Shown here: in pieces, positions 1 through 10,631 of the stretch
How positions within the stretch are numbered: position 1 is the first letter of the stretch
Layout of the letters: every line of letters begins with the position of its first letter
NCBI GenBank assembly: GCA_032718475.1
Contig: JAUCBJ010004456.1
Coordinates: 1-36,319, forward strand
From: Nemertoderma westbladi
Lineage: Eukaryota; Animalia; Xenacoelomorpha
Direction of reading: 5' to 3'
Length of the DNA stretch: 36,319 nucleotides
Notes under the pieces: model-generated
What the model was told of the DNA's origin: nothing
The model's database searches: none
Seen by the model: only the letters and a program-made list of their open reading frames with translations
Made by a program: the position numbers and the translations under genes

Positions 1-179
1 AAAATTAAACCGTCGAACCCAATCTCCCGGGAATATCCAGCGGGTGAATGGTCGCGCACGGATTGGTTTCGACTAGTGTAGTGAATCAAATACTTGTCAT
101 AGACTAAAAAGCAGATTTATTATCTAGAAGACATTCTAATTTGGCGGGTTAAACTGCCAAAGGTCTGAAAGCGCGAACA
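1..179 (+). repeat. Copy A of a structured LTR-end/leader motif ending GCGCGAACA
   Basis: Homologous to 7460-7643 and 11790-11974 (shared CCCGG..CGGGTGAATG.TCGCGC, TTCG hairpin, TTGGC.GGTTAAACTGC, AAAGCGCGAACA), but clearly more diverged from them than they are from each other. Confidence 0.8.
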
Positions 180-1309
180 AACACCCTATTTCTGGTGAGC
201 GTCTAGGTCGTAGACTATTTTCTGATCCAGGTACAGTACATGCGAATTCTATAGTAAATAGAATTAATGATAACAATAATACTCACATATTTGTAAAACC
301 AAGTAAATATAGTGGTGATAAAACTCTCCCAGGGGATACTGATGTACCACCCGTGGACGTATGGTTAGGAAGTTTTGAGCGGGCCGCAATAGCAAACAAT
401 TGGTCGTTAGGTAAATGTACAACAGTTTTACCAGGATATTTAGAGGGAAAAGCGGGCAGATGGTACGACCAAAATATCGGGCGTTTGGAGTTACTTCCCT
501 TCCAGGAACTTAAACAACAATTGTTGTTACGTTTTAGCCATGGTGAGAGTCAAACTTATTATTATACAATTTTTTCAGCTATGAAACAGGAAACGGATGA
601 GAGTGTAGACGATTTTTATGAAAGACTTATGCAAGTGGCAAAGCGTGCATTAAGTACTAGTAATAGTAGAGATATGCGAATTCGCGTGAGGGATAGATTT
701 TTACATGGTTTACAGAAGGTAATTTTATCTAGAGTGAGTGAGAAAGTCAAAGCAACGGATGACTTAGATTCTGTGGTTGCTATAGCGCGGCACATAGAGC
801 AAAGTGTGAGGCTTGAAAACCCAAACTTGTCCTTGCCACTGACTCGAGCAGATTTGGACCAGGTATTCAATCCCAATACAGTAGTAAGCAGTTATAGAGA
901 AACTAATAGAGATCAAGCTAATAAGGATAGTAATTCCCAGTCTTTAACTCACCGACTTGCAAATTTAGAAACGGCTGTTGACAAACTTGTAACTGCACTA
1001 GACCGGCAAACAGTAGGTCCCTTAGCACAAAATAATAAGGCAACTATCGTTTGTGACATTTGTTTTAAAGCTGGCCATAAAACTATCGATTGCTTTCGGC
1101 ATCCAAACCGGCAAAATCAACATTTATCTTATTATCCACCACCGCCAAGATTTAACCGTTTTAATGGCCACAGTAGTAATCCAAGTGGGGTAAACAGGGG
1201 ACAAAGTAATTTTCAACAGAGTAGAACTTGGCGACAACAAAATTACAACGGCCATCCGCAGCAACACCAGCTTTATAATAGTTATTCTCCTGTTGATTCA
1301 CGCAATTAG
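140..1309 (+). CDS. gag: Gypsy Gag (capsid + CCHC zinc knuckle + N/Q-rich tail); start codon undefined
   Basis: Frame is open from 140 (TAA at 137-139) and reads ...IFVKPSKYSGDK...DVWLGSFERAAIANNW, a typical gag N-terminal motif. Also Q.tdESVddF..RL and CDICFKAGHKTIDC (CX2CX4HX4C, ~1052-1093). The ORF track start at 353 is a GTG; the first in-frame ATG is ~581, inside the capsid domain. Confidence 0.85.
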   Translation, partial: FGGLNCQRSESANKHPISGERLGRRLFSDPGTVHANSIVNRINDNNNTHIFVKPSKYSGDKTLPGDTDVPPVDVWLGSFERAAIANNWSLGKCTTVLPGYLEGKAGRWYDQNIGRLELLPFQELKQQLLLRFSHGESQTYYYTIFSAMKQETDESVDDFYERLMQVAKRALSTSNSRDMRIRVRDRFLHGLQKVILSRVSEKVKATDDLDSVVAIARHIEQSVRLENPNLSLPLTRADLDQVFNPNTVVSSYRETNRDQANKDSNSQSLTHRLANLETAVDKLVTALDRQTVGPLAQNNKATIVCDICFKAGHKTIDCFRHPNRQNQHLSYYPPPPRFNRFNGHSSNPSGVNRGQSNFQQSRTWRQQNYNGHPQQHQLYNSYSPVDSRN

Positions 1310-4300
1310 TATTATCAATCTGAATCTAGACCTTATTATAACAGAAATACCGATAGAAATATATCACACCAAAATAATGGTAATAATAGGAATTATACAG
1401 TACACCCCAGTGATAATACAATAAGAAACACAGCTCCAATACATAATCAAAATACATCACCAGTTGGTAATCCTACATTTTTCCCAAGCAACAGGCACCC
1501 CCCACCGTCATCTTTCAATAATAAGACTGTAATAGTGAATTTTACTGAAACACCCCCTCATGATATGTTCCTTGACGTAATTTTAGAGGGCCGTTATATT
1601 GAGTCAGGTGTCGTAGATACAGGCGCCCAAACTACTATGATTAGCGAACGATTGCTAAATAAAGTACAACCGGGTACAGTAATTGAACCAATTGGAATAT
1701 ATCTACGGGATTTTGCGGGAACGACCATCCCTATTTTAGGTGCCGTTTGGTTAAACATTGAAGCGGGAGGGCGTACAGCGTTGGTTCGTGCTTTAGTTGC
1801 CAAAGAGTTAGAGTGTAATTCTGGAATTATTTTGGGCTTGAGAACATTAGGTGCATTACGTGTACATATTAACTGCAGTGAGAGAAAAGTATTTCAGGAA
1901 GCAGTAAGTCAATTAGAAGAGACAGAACCTATTATTGCCCAGGAAATTAATTCACCACCTTTACTTAGTAATACAAACCCCTTTTCACCCAATTATGTTA
2001 ATTCTCCATCAACAAACGCTAAAGTAGTTGCACAAGGAAATAGTGAGCCTAATACAAGCACGAGCATTGAACATAAAAATAATACTACCAAGCATTTACA
2101 CGTCTTCCGTGTTGTCGCCGATCGAAATATTTTAATTCCACCAAACCACGAAGCTATAGTACATGGTCGACCAGTTGGTGTGGCATTAGAATGTAGGCCT
2201 AAGTCTAAGTCTAATGTAGTGGTAGGCTTATTTGAACCGAATGCAACTGGCTTAGGTAAGAATGGCTTAATAGGAGCTCGTACACTAAATACAGTAGACC
2301 AGGGTCTTATTTTGTGTCGCATTATGAATCCCAATAATAAGCGAATAATTCTTCAAAAGAATAGTCGAATAGGTGATCTTGAGCCACATACTGAAATAAT
2401 AAATACTGCTACACCGAATGTAAATAAATTAGACTCACCAACTGACCCTGATGCGGACATAATATCTAAATTCCCTACTTTAGAAGACGACACACACACT
2501 AGAGCTTTACATGACGTCCTACTTAAGCACTACAATGTAATATCTAATAACGATTACGATGTAGGATATTGTGACTTAATTTCGCATGAAATTGATGCTG
2601 ATGGGCCTCCCATTCGTCAGAGACCGTACCGTATACCATACAAACACCGTGATTTCGTTGATGAAACCATTAAGACGATGATTAAAGAAAACGTGATTGA
2701 AGAAAGCTCTAGCCCATGGGCGAGTCCAGTAGTAATTGCACAAAAACCCGATGGAGGATTGCGATTTTGTGTTGACTACAGACGGCTAAACGCTCAAACT
2801 CGAATTCCATTACACCCTTTGCCTAGAATAGATGAAGTGATTGATCAATTAGGTGGTAATGCATATTTTACCACTCTTGACTTAACGTGCGGTTATTGGC
2901 ATGTACCAATAGCTGACAAAGATCGTGATAAAACTAGTTTCATCACAAACAGCGGCCAATGGAATTTCCGTCGCATGCCTTTTGGTTTGGCAGGAGCACC
3001 CAGTACATTTCAACGACTAATGTCAAAAGTTATAGGTAGATTAAGTAATAAAATTTGCCTCGTTTACTTAGATGACGTCATTATTTATTCGGAAACATTT
3101 GAACAACATTTACATGACATTGATAGTGTACTAGAGTGTATCGAAGCTGCAGGTTTAAAGCTAAAGCTACGAAAATGTACGTTTGCTGCAGAAAAGGTTA
3201 CATATTTAGGTCATGAAATAACTGCGCAGGGAATAAAACCAGCTGTTAGGAATCTACGAGCAGTAAGTGAGTTTCCACGGCCAACCGCAATAACTCAGGT
3301 TCGTCAATTTTTAGGACTTGCTTCATTTTACCGTAAGTTCATAAAGGATTTTGCGAAAATAGCTTCGCCGTTAGCACAGCTGTTACAGAAAAATGTAGTA
3401 TTCAGTTGGACAGCTGATAAGGAACAAGCATTTCAGACATTAAAAACGAAATTAACGAATCCACCTGTACTTGGTTTTCCTATTCTACCATCTACTGACT
3501 CAGAACCTTACTGTATTTCGACTTATCGGTTGATGACAGACGCCTCTATAGTTGGCTTAGGCGCCGTTCTAGAACAATTTCAAGGTGGTAAATATGTAGT
3601 TATAGGCTACGCAAGTAGATCTGTAAAACCAGCCGAGAAGAATTACAATATTACTGAATTGGAGGGTCTTGGAGTTGTCTGGGGTGTACATTACTTCAGA
3701 CACTACTTGATTGGTACGAAATTCAAAATTATCACTGATCATTCTGCTTTGAAGCACATATTAGCAGTAAAAGAACCAACCGGACGGATAGCGCGATGGT
3801 GCTTAGCCTTGCAGCAGTACGATTTTGAAGTTGAACACCGGCCTGGAAAGCATCATTTTGCCCCCGATGCTTTGAGCAGAAATCCAGTATCAGCTTTTCA
3901 ACCAGATAGCGACATCGATAACATACAAGTTGGTCCGGATATAAATATCATAAATAACAGGGAAATTATAAAACCTGACTCTAACCCCATTACTGTAAAT
4001 GTTATACGTGCTGGGCATGAAACTGAAAGGCGACCAAAGGAAAACAATAATTGTAAGAGTGCATGGCTATTAGCAATCGCAACCGATCCCACATTGGAAG
4101 CAATCCAGCGTATGAAACTCAACGAGCAAGGTCCAGCATTGTCTGATATTAATTTCGTAGCTTTGAAGCGCTTAGCTACTTTAGTCTCTATTGACCAGTT
4201 AGGTTTTATGTACTATATTGGGCGTCGAGGTGAGGAAAATCTACAAGTAGTACCTAAACAGTTTCAGCAAGAAATAATTCGCACTTTTCACGATCAACCG

Positions 4301-5461
4301 TGTGGTGGACATTATGCGTTTAATAAAACTTATTATAAGGTTAGAAACAAATATTGGTGGATTACGATGCGAAAAGATATATTTAAGCACTGTCAAACTT
4401 GCTTACCGTGTCAGTTGGCCAAAAGACCGCGATTAAAAATTGTGTCTCCACTGCACCCATTACCAGTAGTAGGAAACCCTTTTGATAGGTGTGAACTAGA
4501 TCTACTTGGACCCTTTCATTCTTCTGCTTCCGGTAACCGTTTTATTTTACTGTTTACGGATAGTTTAACTAAGTGGCCGGAGGGCGTGGCAACCGCTAAC
4601 AAAAGTGCAAATACAGTAGCTAAGGCATTTATAGACTTGGTGGTCAGTCGCCACGGTGCACCACGCGTATTACTTACCGACCAGGATTCGAATTTTTTAT
4701 CTCGAATGTTCCAAAGTGTCACGCAAATGCTTGGAGTTGACCAAAAATCCGCAGTGATTTATCATCCACAAACCGTAGGGTTGGTAGAGCGATTAAATCA
4801 AACTCTAGTAACCATGCTGTCTATCTATACCGATTCTGACCAATTACACTGGGATGAGTGTCTCCCAGCTGTACTTTTTGCGTATCGCACTTCTATACAT
4901 TCAACTGTCAATCAAACTCCATTTTTCCTTACCTACGGTCGTGAAGCAACATTACCTTCAGACGCTGTTTTACTTAAAGCGACCGACAATGCTAGTTTAG
5001 ATGACTATACTAGACGACTAGCGAAAACAGTTTTGATCAGTAGGAAAAATGCAGAGTCATTACAAAAACAAGCTCAATCTAGATTCATTCGGAATTATAA
5101 TAACAGTCACAACATAGTTGTACCGCAATATAAAGTAGGAAACTACGTATTCATAGAAGAAAGGGAATGTCCCGTTGGCTTGTCACGAAAGCTCAGAGCA
5201 AAATATCTTGGGCCTTACAGGGTACAGGCAATTGAAGGTGAAAATTTACGGTTAACTAGGCCAGGTCGTAAAAGTGTAAGCACCCTTATTCACCCCAACA
5301 TGGTAAAACCTGCGCGTTTACGCTACAGTCTGTCTGATACCAGCCCCGCTATTGAAACAGATGACAACCCAAACATTATAACAAACTATCTAAGCCCACA
5401 AGGAAATTCTACAGTTTCTAGTGTGGAATTATCTCTAGTAGACGAAAGTGAATTATCATGA
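1310..5461 (+). CDS. pol: Gypsy Pol polyprotein (protease, RT, RNase H, integrase), in frame with gag after one TAG
   Basis: VVDTGA protease; SPWASP..RFCVDYR, MPFGL and YLDD RT; LMTDAS..DHSAL RNase H; HDQPCGGH..CLPCQ zinc finger; DLLGP/TDQDSNF/GLVERLN catalytic core; YLGPYRV GPY/F motif. 1310-1534 is stop-free in the same frame. Confidence 0.95.
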   Translation, partial: YYQSESRPYYNRNTDRNISHQNNGNNRNYTVHPSDNTIRNTAPIHNQNTSPVGNPTFFPSNRHPPPSSFNNKTVIVNFTETPPHDMFLDVILEGRYIESGVVDTGAQTTMISERLLNKVQPGTVIEPIGIYLRDFAGTTIPILGAVWLNIEAGGRTALVRALVAKELECNSGIILGLRTLGALRVHINCSERKVFQEAVSQLEETEPIIAQEINSPPLLSNTNPFSPNYVNSPSTNAKVVAQGNSEPNTSTSIEHKNNTTKHLHVFRVVADRNILIPPNHEAIVHGRPVGVALECRPKSKSNVVVGLFEPNATGLGKNGLIGARTLNTVDQGLILCRIMNPNNKRIILQKNSRIGDLEPHTEIINTATPNVNKLDSPTDPDADIISKFPTLEDDTHTRALHDVLLKHYNVISNNDYDVGYCDLISHEIDADGPPIRQRPYRIPYKHRDFVDETIKTMIKENVIEESSSPWASPVVIAQKPDGGLRFCVDYRRLNAQTRIPLHPLPRIDEVIDQLGGNAYFTTLDLTCGYWHVPIADKDRDKTSFITNSGQWNFRRMPFGLAGAPSTFQRLMSKVIGRLSNKICLVYLDDVIIYSETFEQHLHDIDSVLECIEAAGLKLKLRKCTFAAEKVTYLGHEITAQGIKPAVRNLRAVSEFPRPTAITQVRQFLGLASFYRKFIKDFAKIASPLAQLLQKNVVFSWTADKEQAFQTLKTKLTNPPVLGFPILPSTDSEPYCISTYRLMTDASIVGLGAVLEQFQGGKYVVIGYASRSVKPAEKNYNITELEGLGVVWGVHYFRHYLIGTKFKIITDHSALKHILAVKEPTGRIARWCLALQQYDFEVEHRPGKHHFAPDALSRNPVSAFQPDSDIDNIQVGPDINIINNREIIKPDSNPITVNVIRAGHETERRPKENNNCKSAWLLAIATDPTLEAIQRMKLNEQGPALSDINFVALKRLATLVSIDQLGFMYYIGRRGEENLQVVPKQFQQEIIRTFHDQPCGGHYAFNKTYYKVRNKYWWITMRKDIFKHCQTCLPCQLAKRPRLKIVSPLHPLPVVGNPFDRCELDLLGPFHSSASGNRFILLFTDSLTKWPEGVATANKSANTVAKAFIDLVVSRHGAPRVLLTDQDSNFLSRMFQSVTQMLGVDQKSAVIYHPQTVGLVERLNQTLVTMLSIYTDSDQLHWDECLPAVLFAYRTSIHSTVNQTPFFLTYGREATLPSDAVLLKATDNASLDDYTRRLAKTVLISRKNAESLQKQAQSRFIRNYNNSHNIVVPQYKVGNYVFIEERECPVGLSRKLRAKYLGPYRVQAIEGENLRLTRPGRKSVSTLIHPNMVKPARLRYSLSDTSPAIETDDNPNIITNYLSPQGNSTVSSVELSLVDESELS

Positions 5462-6609
5462 AAATTGAAATGTAACATTTAATAATCATGAGAAACATTG
5501 TTATCATTAATCATGTAACCTCGTGTAATCATATAATCATTAATCATGTAACCTTAATTTTAATCGTGTACTTACACCCTATGTTATTTTATGACTTATA
5601 AATGAAGCAATAAAGAAATAAAGGACTCATAACTGTGTAATGTTTTAACGTTATACTGTAGAAATATCGGTATTGAAATATTGAATTAGACCTACAGTAG
5701 CCTAGTTGTTATCCGCATGTCATTATTTTACATTTATATTCTAGTTGCTCTGAATACCCATTTATCATAAAATAGTGTCACATATTTTCTATTTTAGTTA
5801 TCCATTAAGTATACTGTGCTACAGTGCATGATTAATATTATAATACTATTGATATAATGTCATTATACTGTAGTATCGTTTGCAATTGCAAAAATAAATA
5901 TGTAGGCCTAATTGTAAAGATAATTTAAAGATAAATTGACTTATTGTACTTATATTACGTAAATTTAATGTTTGAATAAAGTGATTCTTTATTGTGTTAA
6001 GAGTAATTTACCGACCGTGTCTTTGAATAAAGTTTTAGTGTTATTTAAAACAATTAGAAATAAAGAGAATACGAGAACAGTATGTGTCAAACTGTGCAAT
6101 GAGTATCCAGTACAGTAGAGGCGAAAACTCCGTTGTCTTAATTATTGCAATTTTTATATTATCAAGTTTGATTTAATTTAATCATTTCATTATTTTGCTG
6201 TAATTTTCTTACAGATATTTGATTGACATTATTTTTGAGTTCTCGGATTTTCAGATGTAGTTATTTCAAAAGCTTATATGTGAAGGTAGTAGACTGTCTG
6301 TGAAATAGGCAAATTCAACGAATTTGTAATTTCATATTTAAATTAAAGGTCGACACAGATTTTTGGCCTCAGGATATTTTCCTACAGTTTGTCACTTTCT
6401 TAATAATAATTGTAAAAGCTTCTGTGGGATATAACTGGCCCCTTTTGCTTCGCAATCCAGTTTCCCCCAGGCGCTGGAATACTCTAAAAAGGTTCTCTAA
6501 CTGTATATATATTCCCCTCGCCCGCAAGGTACCGTTACAGGTGTTTTAACGGACATAAAAGTCATTCTGCTATATACGTGTTTTGGCGGACATGGTAAGG
6601 CAAAAAACC

Positions 6610-7643
6610 TGTAATGCACCAACTACCTTTCACAGCTTAGCCGTGATGATTCATATTACGACATCTAACAGCTGGTTGCTGACATGGAAACAGCCATTGG
6701 ACGCATGGTTCTTTGTTTGGCTTGAGCCAATCAGAGCGATTTTTCCTGTCGACGTGTAGCTTTTCAGCCGATCATAAGGAGAGTGTTCAGTCTTACTGCT
6801 TTTACTTGATACTTTGTTGTTATTGCTGTCTAAGCCAGAAACACCGGCTTTTTGGTAAGAACTCTAGTAAACTGCTTAGATTATAGAAAGTATAACTGTT
6901 ACCGGCGGTGTTACCTCACTTAATTTAACTGCACTAATCATATTGTTTGTACTGCTATTTACCGTCAGTTATTAATTGTATCTATTTGTTGATGGAAATA
7001 TTGCTCTTTGGAGAATACGGATAAATCACCCAAAATTCCCAATTTTCTTGATACACTACAGGTTAGAGAGGCGAGCTATATATAACAATTGCGATTTATA
7101 TCAATGTGGTGTGTATTGAATCTAATGTTATTTAGTAGACACTACCTGAGTCAATTGCTGTTCTCTTTATGTGTGATCAAATATACTGACGGTCGGCAGA
7201 ATAGTGTGCATGATTGTGAGTGTGATGTGACTGGTAACAAAGCATTTCCTAAAGAATGCGACTTATACTTTAATCATAAGCCTTATCGTTGCGTTTAGTA
7301 TAAGTCCTAGCTCTGTTTAAATAGATAGAGCGCCACGTCATAAAGGAACTGTTAATATTTCCCGAAAGTTAATAATATCTGTCAGAAATTACATATTAGC
7401 GATCAATCGAATAATACAGTAGGCTTACACTGCAACCTTACACTGCAATAATAAAATCTAAGCATCCGAATTCAGCCTCCCGGGTGTAGATCCATCGGGT
7501 GAATGATCGCGCATGGGCTGGCTTCGGCTAATGTTTTGTTTATTAGCATAAAATATTGTCGTATGCTAAAGGTGTGTTAATTAACTAAAAGACATATAAA
7601 TTTTGGCAGGTTAAACTGCTAAAGGTCTTCAAAAGCGCGAACA
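6610..7643 (+). repeat. LTR-like block (copy B): candidate LTR 6610-7060 plus leader 7061-7643, or one ~1 kb LTR
   Basis: Purine-rich GGTAAGGCAAAAAA precedes TGTAATGCACCA at 6610, an imperfect inverted match to TGATACACTACA ending 7060. 6809-7643 is repeated at 11140-11974 and ends in CA. Confidence 0.65.
6696..6792 (+). promoter_or_regulatory. Candidate LTR promoter (two CCAAT boxes, Inr-like TCAGTC)
   Basis: ATTGG 6696-6700, CCAATCAG 6727-6734, TCAGTC 6787-6792 inside the candidate U3. No well-placed TATA box. Confidence 0.3.
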
Positions 7644-9056
7644 GTAACAGTTATAATCTTATTGCAGTAGGCAATAAGGTTGCAAAATACCGTAGTGACT
7701 GGTAAAATTGAACCGGTGCTTCTGTAGGTCAGTAGGCCTAACTGTCATCACCGGTACCGGTACTGCTGTACAAGTACATTTAGTATTATTTCGATTGTGA
7801 TCTATTGTATATTGTAGGCTGCCAGGGGAATAGGGATTGACCACCCCTCATTCTTTCCCTGCAAACATTTTGACGTTAATTTAACGTTAATTTACGTTAA
7901 TATTCTACCATTCCAACGTTATTTTTTAACGTGCCCTTACGTTAAATTAACGTATTATTGGCCGGGGTTGCTACGTTAAAAATATACATAAATTGTACTC
8001 AAATCATACTAATTAACTCATGTCTGAAAATAACGTTAACAGCCGTATTTTATGAACGTTATTTATGAACGTACCATTACGTTAAATTAACGTATTATTG
8101 GCCGGGGTTACTACGTTAAATAAATACGTTAAAAAAATACGTCAATAATACGTTTAAAAAATACGTCACTAATACGTTATTTTTTATTCAAAAGCATAAA
8201 AAAGATCATGTATGATTGAGATTTACTTCATGGACCACAGCGGTAGTTACTTGGTGGACCTGCATGGGACTGGGGGGGACCTAACACTAACCTACACAGC
8301 CTACGCCTACGCCCCTACACCTACTATACCTTAGGAGTGGAACCTTCAATGCATTTAGGCAAAATAAATAGCGGATTATTTCTGAGAAGAATTATGACGA
8401 CTTTTGATCAATTGCTAAGAAATTTGTTTAGATTTATATAAAATACTATCACATACCTATTTGGCCTCTACGTTAGATAAATCATTTGATTAAATTATTT
8501 AAATTTATTAGTTATCAAACAATTTAATTTATAATTTAAAATTAAATTATAGGAAATTAATAACTATTTAGAGTCTGACGTCATTTAACGTTAGACTTGC
8601 GTTTTTTGCAGACGCTGGGGGTAGAATGAAACCAATTTATTGTTTATATTAACTTAACTACACTGTATATCAAACCTCACCAATAATTTAACCATGGTAA
8701 CGAATGGTGTTTATTTTATTTAGCCACTCACACTGAATAAACGTAGTGCCGTTTTTATATAAATAATTGGCAGTCGAAAATGAACTTATTTAACAAATTT
8801 TGCCCGGAATAAAAAATAATTCAAAGCTAAATTTACGGTATATCGGTAATATAAATCGGCATAACGTACTGTACTATATACAGTATTGACTAAATAAACT
8901 TCAATAAACAAAAATATGAGAAATAAACAAAACTACAGTATAAAAAAATAATACCAAAATTGAAAGAAATATTCAATATTGCATCGTTATAAATTCAATA
9001 ATAATGCACATCCACATCACAATAATATATTGAAGAACATGTAAACTAATTAATAT

Positions 9057-9905
9057 TGCAGTTACAGTAGTTATATTATGGGAGTACAAAATAAAGACCT
9101 GCAGTTACAGTAGTTATATTATGGGAGTACAAAATAAAGATCTAAGACCCAAGACCCAACACCTTAAGACCAAAGACCCTACAAAAGTAAGACCCCCAGA
9201 CCTGCAGTTACAGTAGTTATATTATGGGAGTACAAAATAAAGACCTAAGACCCAAGACCCAACACCTTAAGACCAAAGACCCTACAAAAGTAAGACCCCC
9301 CCTTCCCCGCCCTGGTACAAAAGTAAATCCCCCTGGTACAAAAGTAAGACCCACCCCAGGTACAAAAGTAAGACCCCCCAGGTACAAACGTAAACCCCCC
9401 CCCCCCCCCCAAGGTACAAAAGTAAATCCCCCTGGTACAAAAGTAAGACCCCCTGGTACAAACGTAAGGCCCCCAGGTACAAACGTAAGACCCCCCCCAA
9501 GGTACAAAAGTAAGACCCCCTGGTACAAAACTAAGACCCCCTGGTACAAACGTAAGGCCACCAGGTACAAACGTAAGACCCACGTGGCCCAGGTACAAAG
9601 GTAAGACTCCCCTGGAACAAAAGTAAGACGTCCAGGTACAAAAGTAAGACCTCCCCCCCTTAGGTACAAAAGTAGTGTAAGACCCCCAGATACAAAAGTA
9701 AGTCCAAGTATGACCCCTCCAGGTACAAAAAGTAAGACCCCGCCAAGTACAAAAGTAAGACCCCCCTGGCACAAAAGTAAGACTCCCCTGAAACAAAAGT
9801 AAGACCCCCTAGTACAAAAGTAAGACCCCCCCCCCCCCCCAGGGAAAAAAGTAAGACCACACCCCCTCCCCCCCAGGTACAAAAGTAAGACCACAAGGTA
9901 CAACT
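9057..9905. repeat. ~21-24 bp tandem repeat (CCAGGTACAAAAGTAAGACCCC) with duplicated CTGCAGTTACAGTAGTTATATTATGGGAG blocks
   Basis: Directly visible; explains the overlapping low-complexity ORFs at 9217-9926. Confidence 0.9.
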
Positions 9906-10019
9906 TGAGTGATAGTTGCATGACACTGAATTACAACACTATATTCCGGGGGACCTGGTGCAATAAATATTAACGTGACTAAATTAAATTACAATTTTCT
10001 AATACAAGAATGATTCTAT

Positions 10020-10400
10020 TTAACCAATGTCAGACGTTTTAAATTAACATTAAAAATCGATGTTAAATTTCAACGTTTGTTTAATATTGGGTTTAGTGAT
10101 TTATGTTCATGATTAAATTTAACCAATGTCAGACGTTTCAAAATAACGTTAAAAATCTATGTTAAAATTCAACGTTTGTTTAACGTTTGGGTTTAGTGAT
10201 TTTTGTACATGATTAAATTTAACCAATGTCAGACGTTTCAAAATAACGTTAAAAATTGATGTTAAAATTCAACGTCTGTTTAACGTTTGTGTTTAGTCAT
10301 TTTTGTTCATGATTAAATTTAACCAATCTCAGACGTTTCAAAATAACGTTAAAAATTGATGTTAAAATTGAACGTCGGTTTAACGTTTGGGTTTAGTTGA
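10020..10400. repeat. ~100-bp subterminal tandem repeat, about 4 copies
   Basis: TAACCAAT(G/C)TCAGACGTTT recurs at ~10021, 10120, 10220 and 10320. Confidence 0.9.
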
Positions 10401-10631
10401 TTTTAGATATGTAGTTTTTAAACGATTATAAGACGTTAGAAAACGTTTGTTCTAAGTTATTTTTATAACTTTATTTTTCTAACCTAAAACAGACTAAAGT
10501 CTAACGTTAGATTAGCGTAATTAACGTAAAATGTTTGCAGGGTTTGTATAGTTTACTTATTTCTGTCGGTTTTATTTACTAGTAGGCTAATATTGAGCAG
10601 AAGGCGTGTGACCCTGCTCAGATTGTTCAGA

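Larger units (their letters stand above)
1..7643 (+). mobile_element. Ty3/Gypsy LTR retrotransposon, nearly intact, 5' end outside the window
   Basis: Gag with CCHC knuckle, then PR-RT-RNaseH-IN in Gypsy order, a ~1.1 kb AT-rich 3' UTR, then an LTR-like block from ~6610. The right boundary (7060 or 7643) is ambiguous. Confidence 0.9.
7857..10542. mobile_element. Non-autonomous TIR DNA transposon, CMC/EnSpm-like
   Basis: TIRs CCCTGCAAACATTTT (7857) and AAAATGTTTGCAGGG (ends 10542), flanked by TT(T) on both sides. Dense subterminal (T/G/A)ACGTT motifs at both ends. No transposase. Confidence 0.8.

Noticed and set aside
192-210. TGGTGAGCGTC as a tRNA primer-binding site
   Set aside because: About 13 nt from the CA end and not complementary to a tRNA 3' end I can recognise, including the Lys tRNA in this window.
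5462-6609. env-like third ORF
   Set aside because: AT-rich with no ORF of 60 aa or more in the track.
7470-7643. Hammerhead or HDV ribozyme in the structured motif or in the 287-bp repeats
   Set aside because: No CUGANGA core paired with GAAA (only CTGATAA/CTGATCA at ~10701/10987) and no HDV nested pseudoknot could be built.
9217-9926. Overlapping ORFs of 72-234 aa
   Set aside because: By-products of the tandem repeat; open on both strands with no domain signal.
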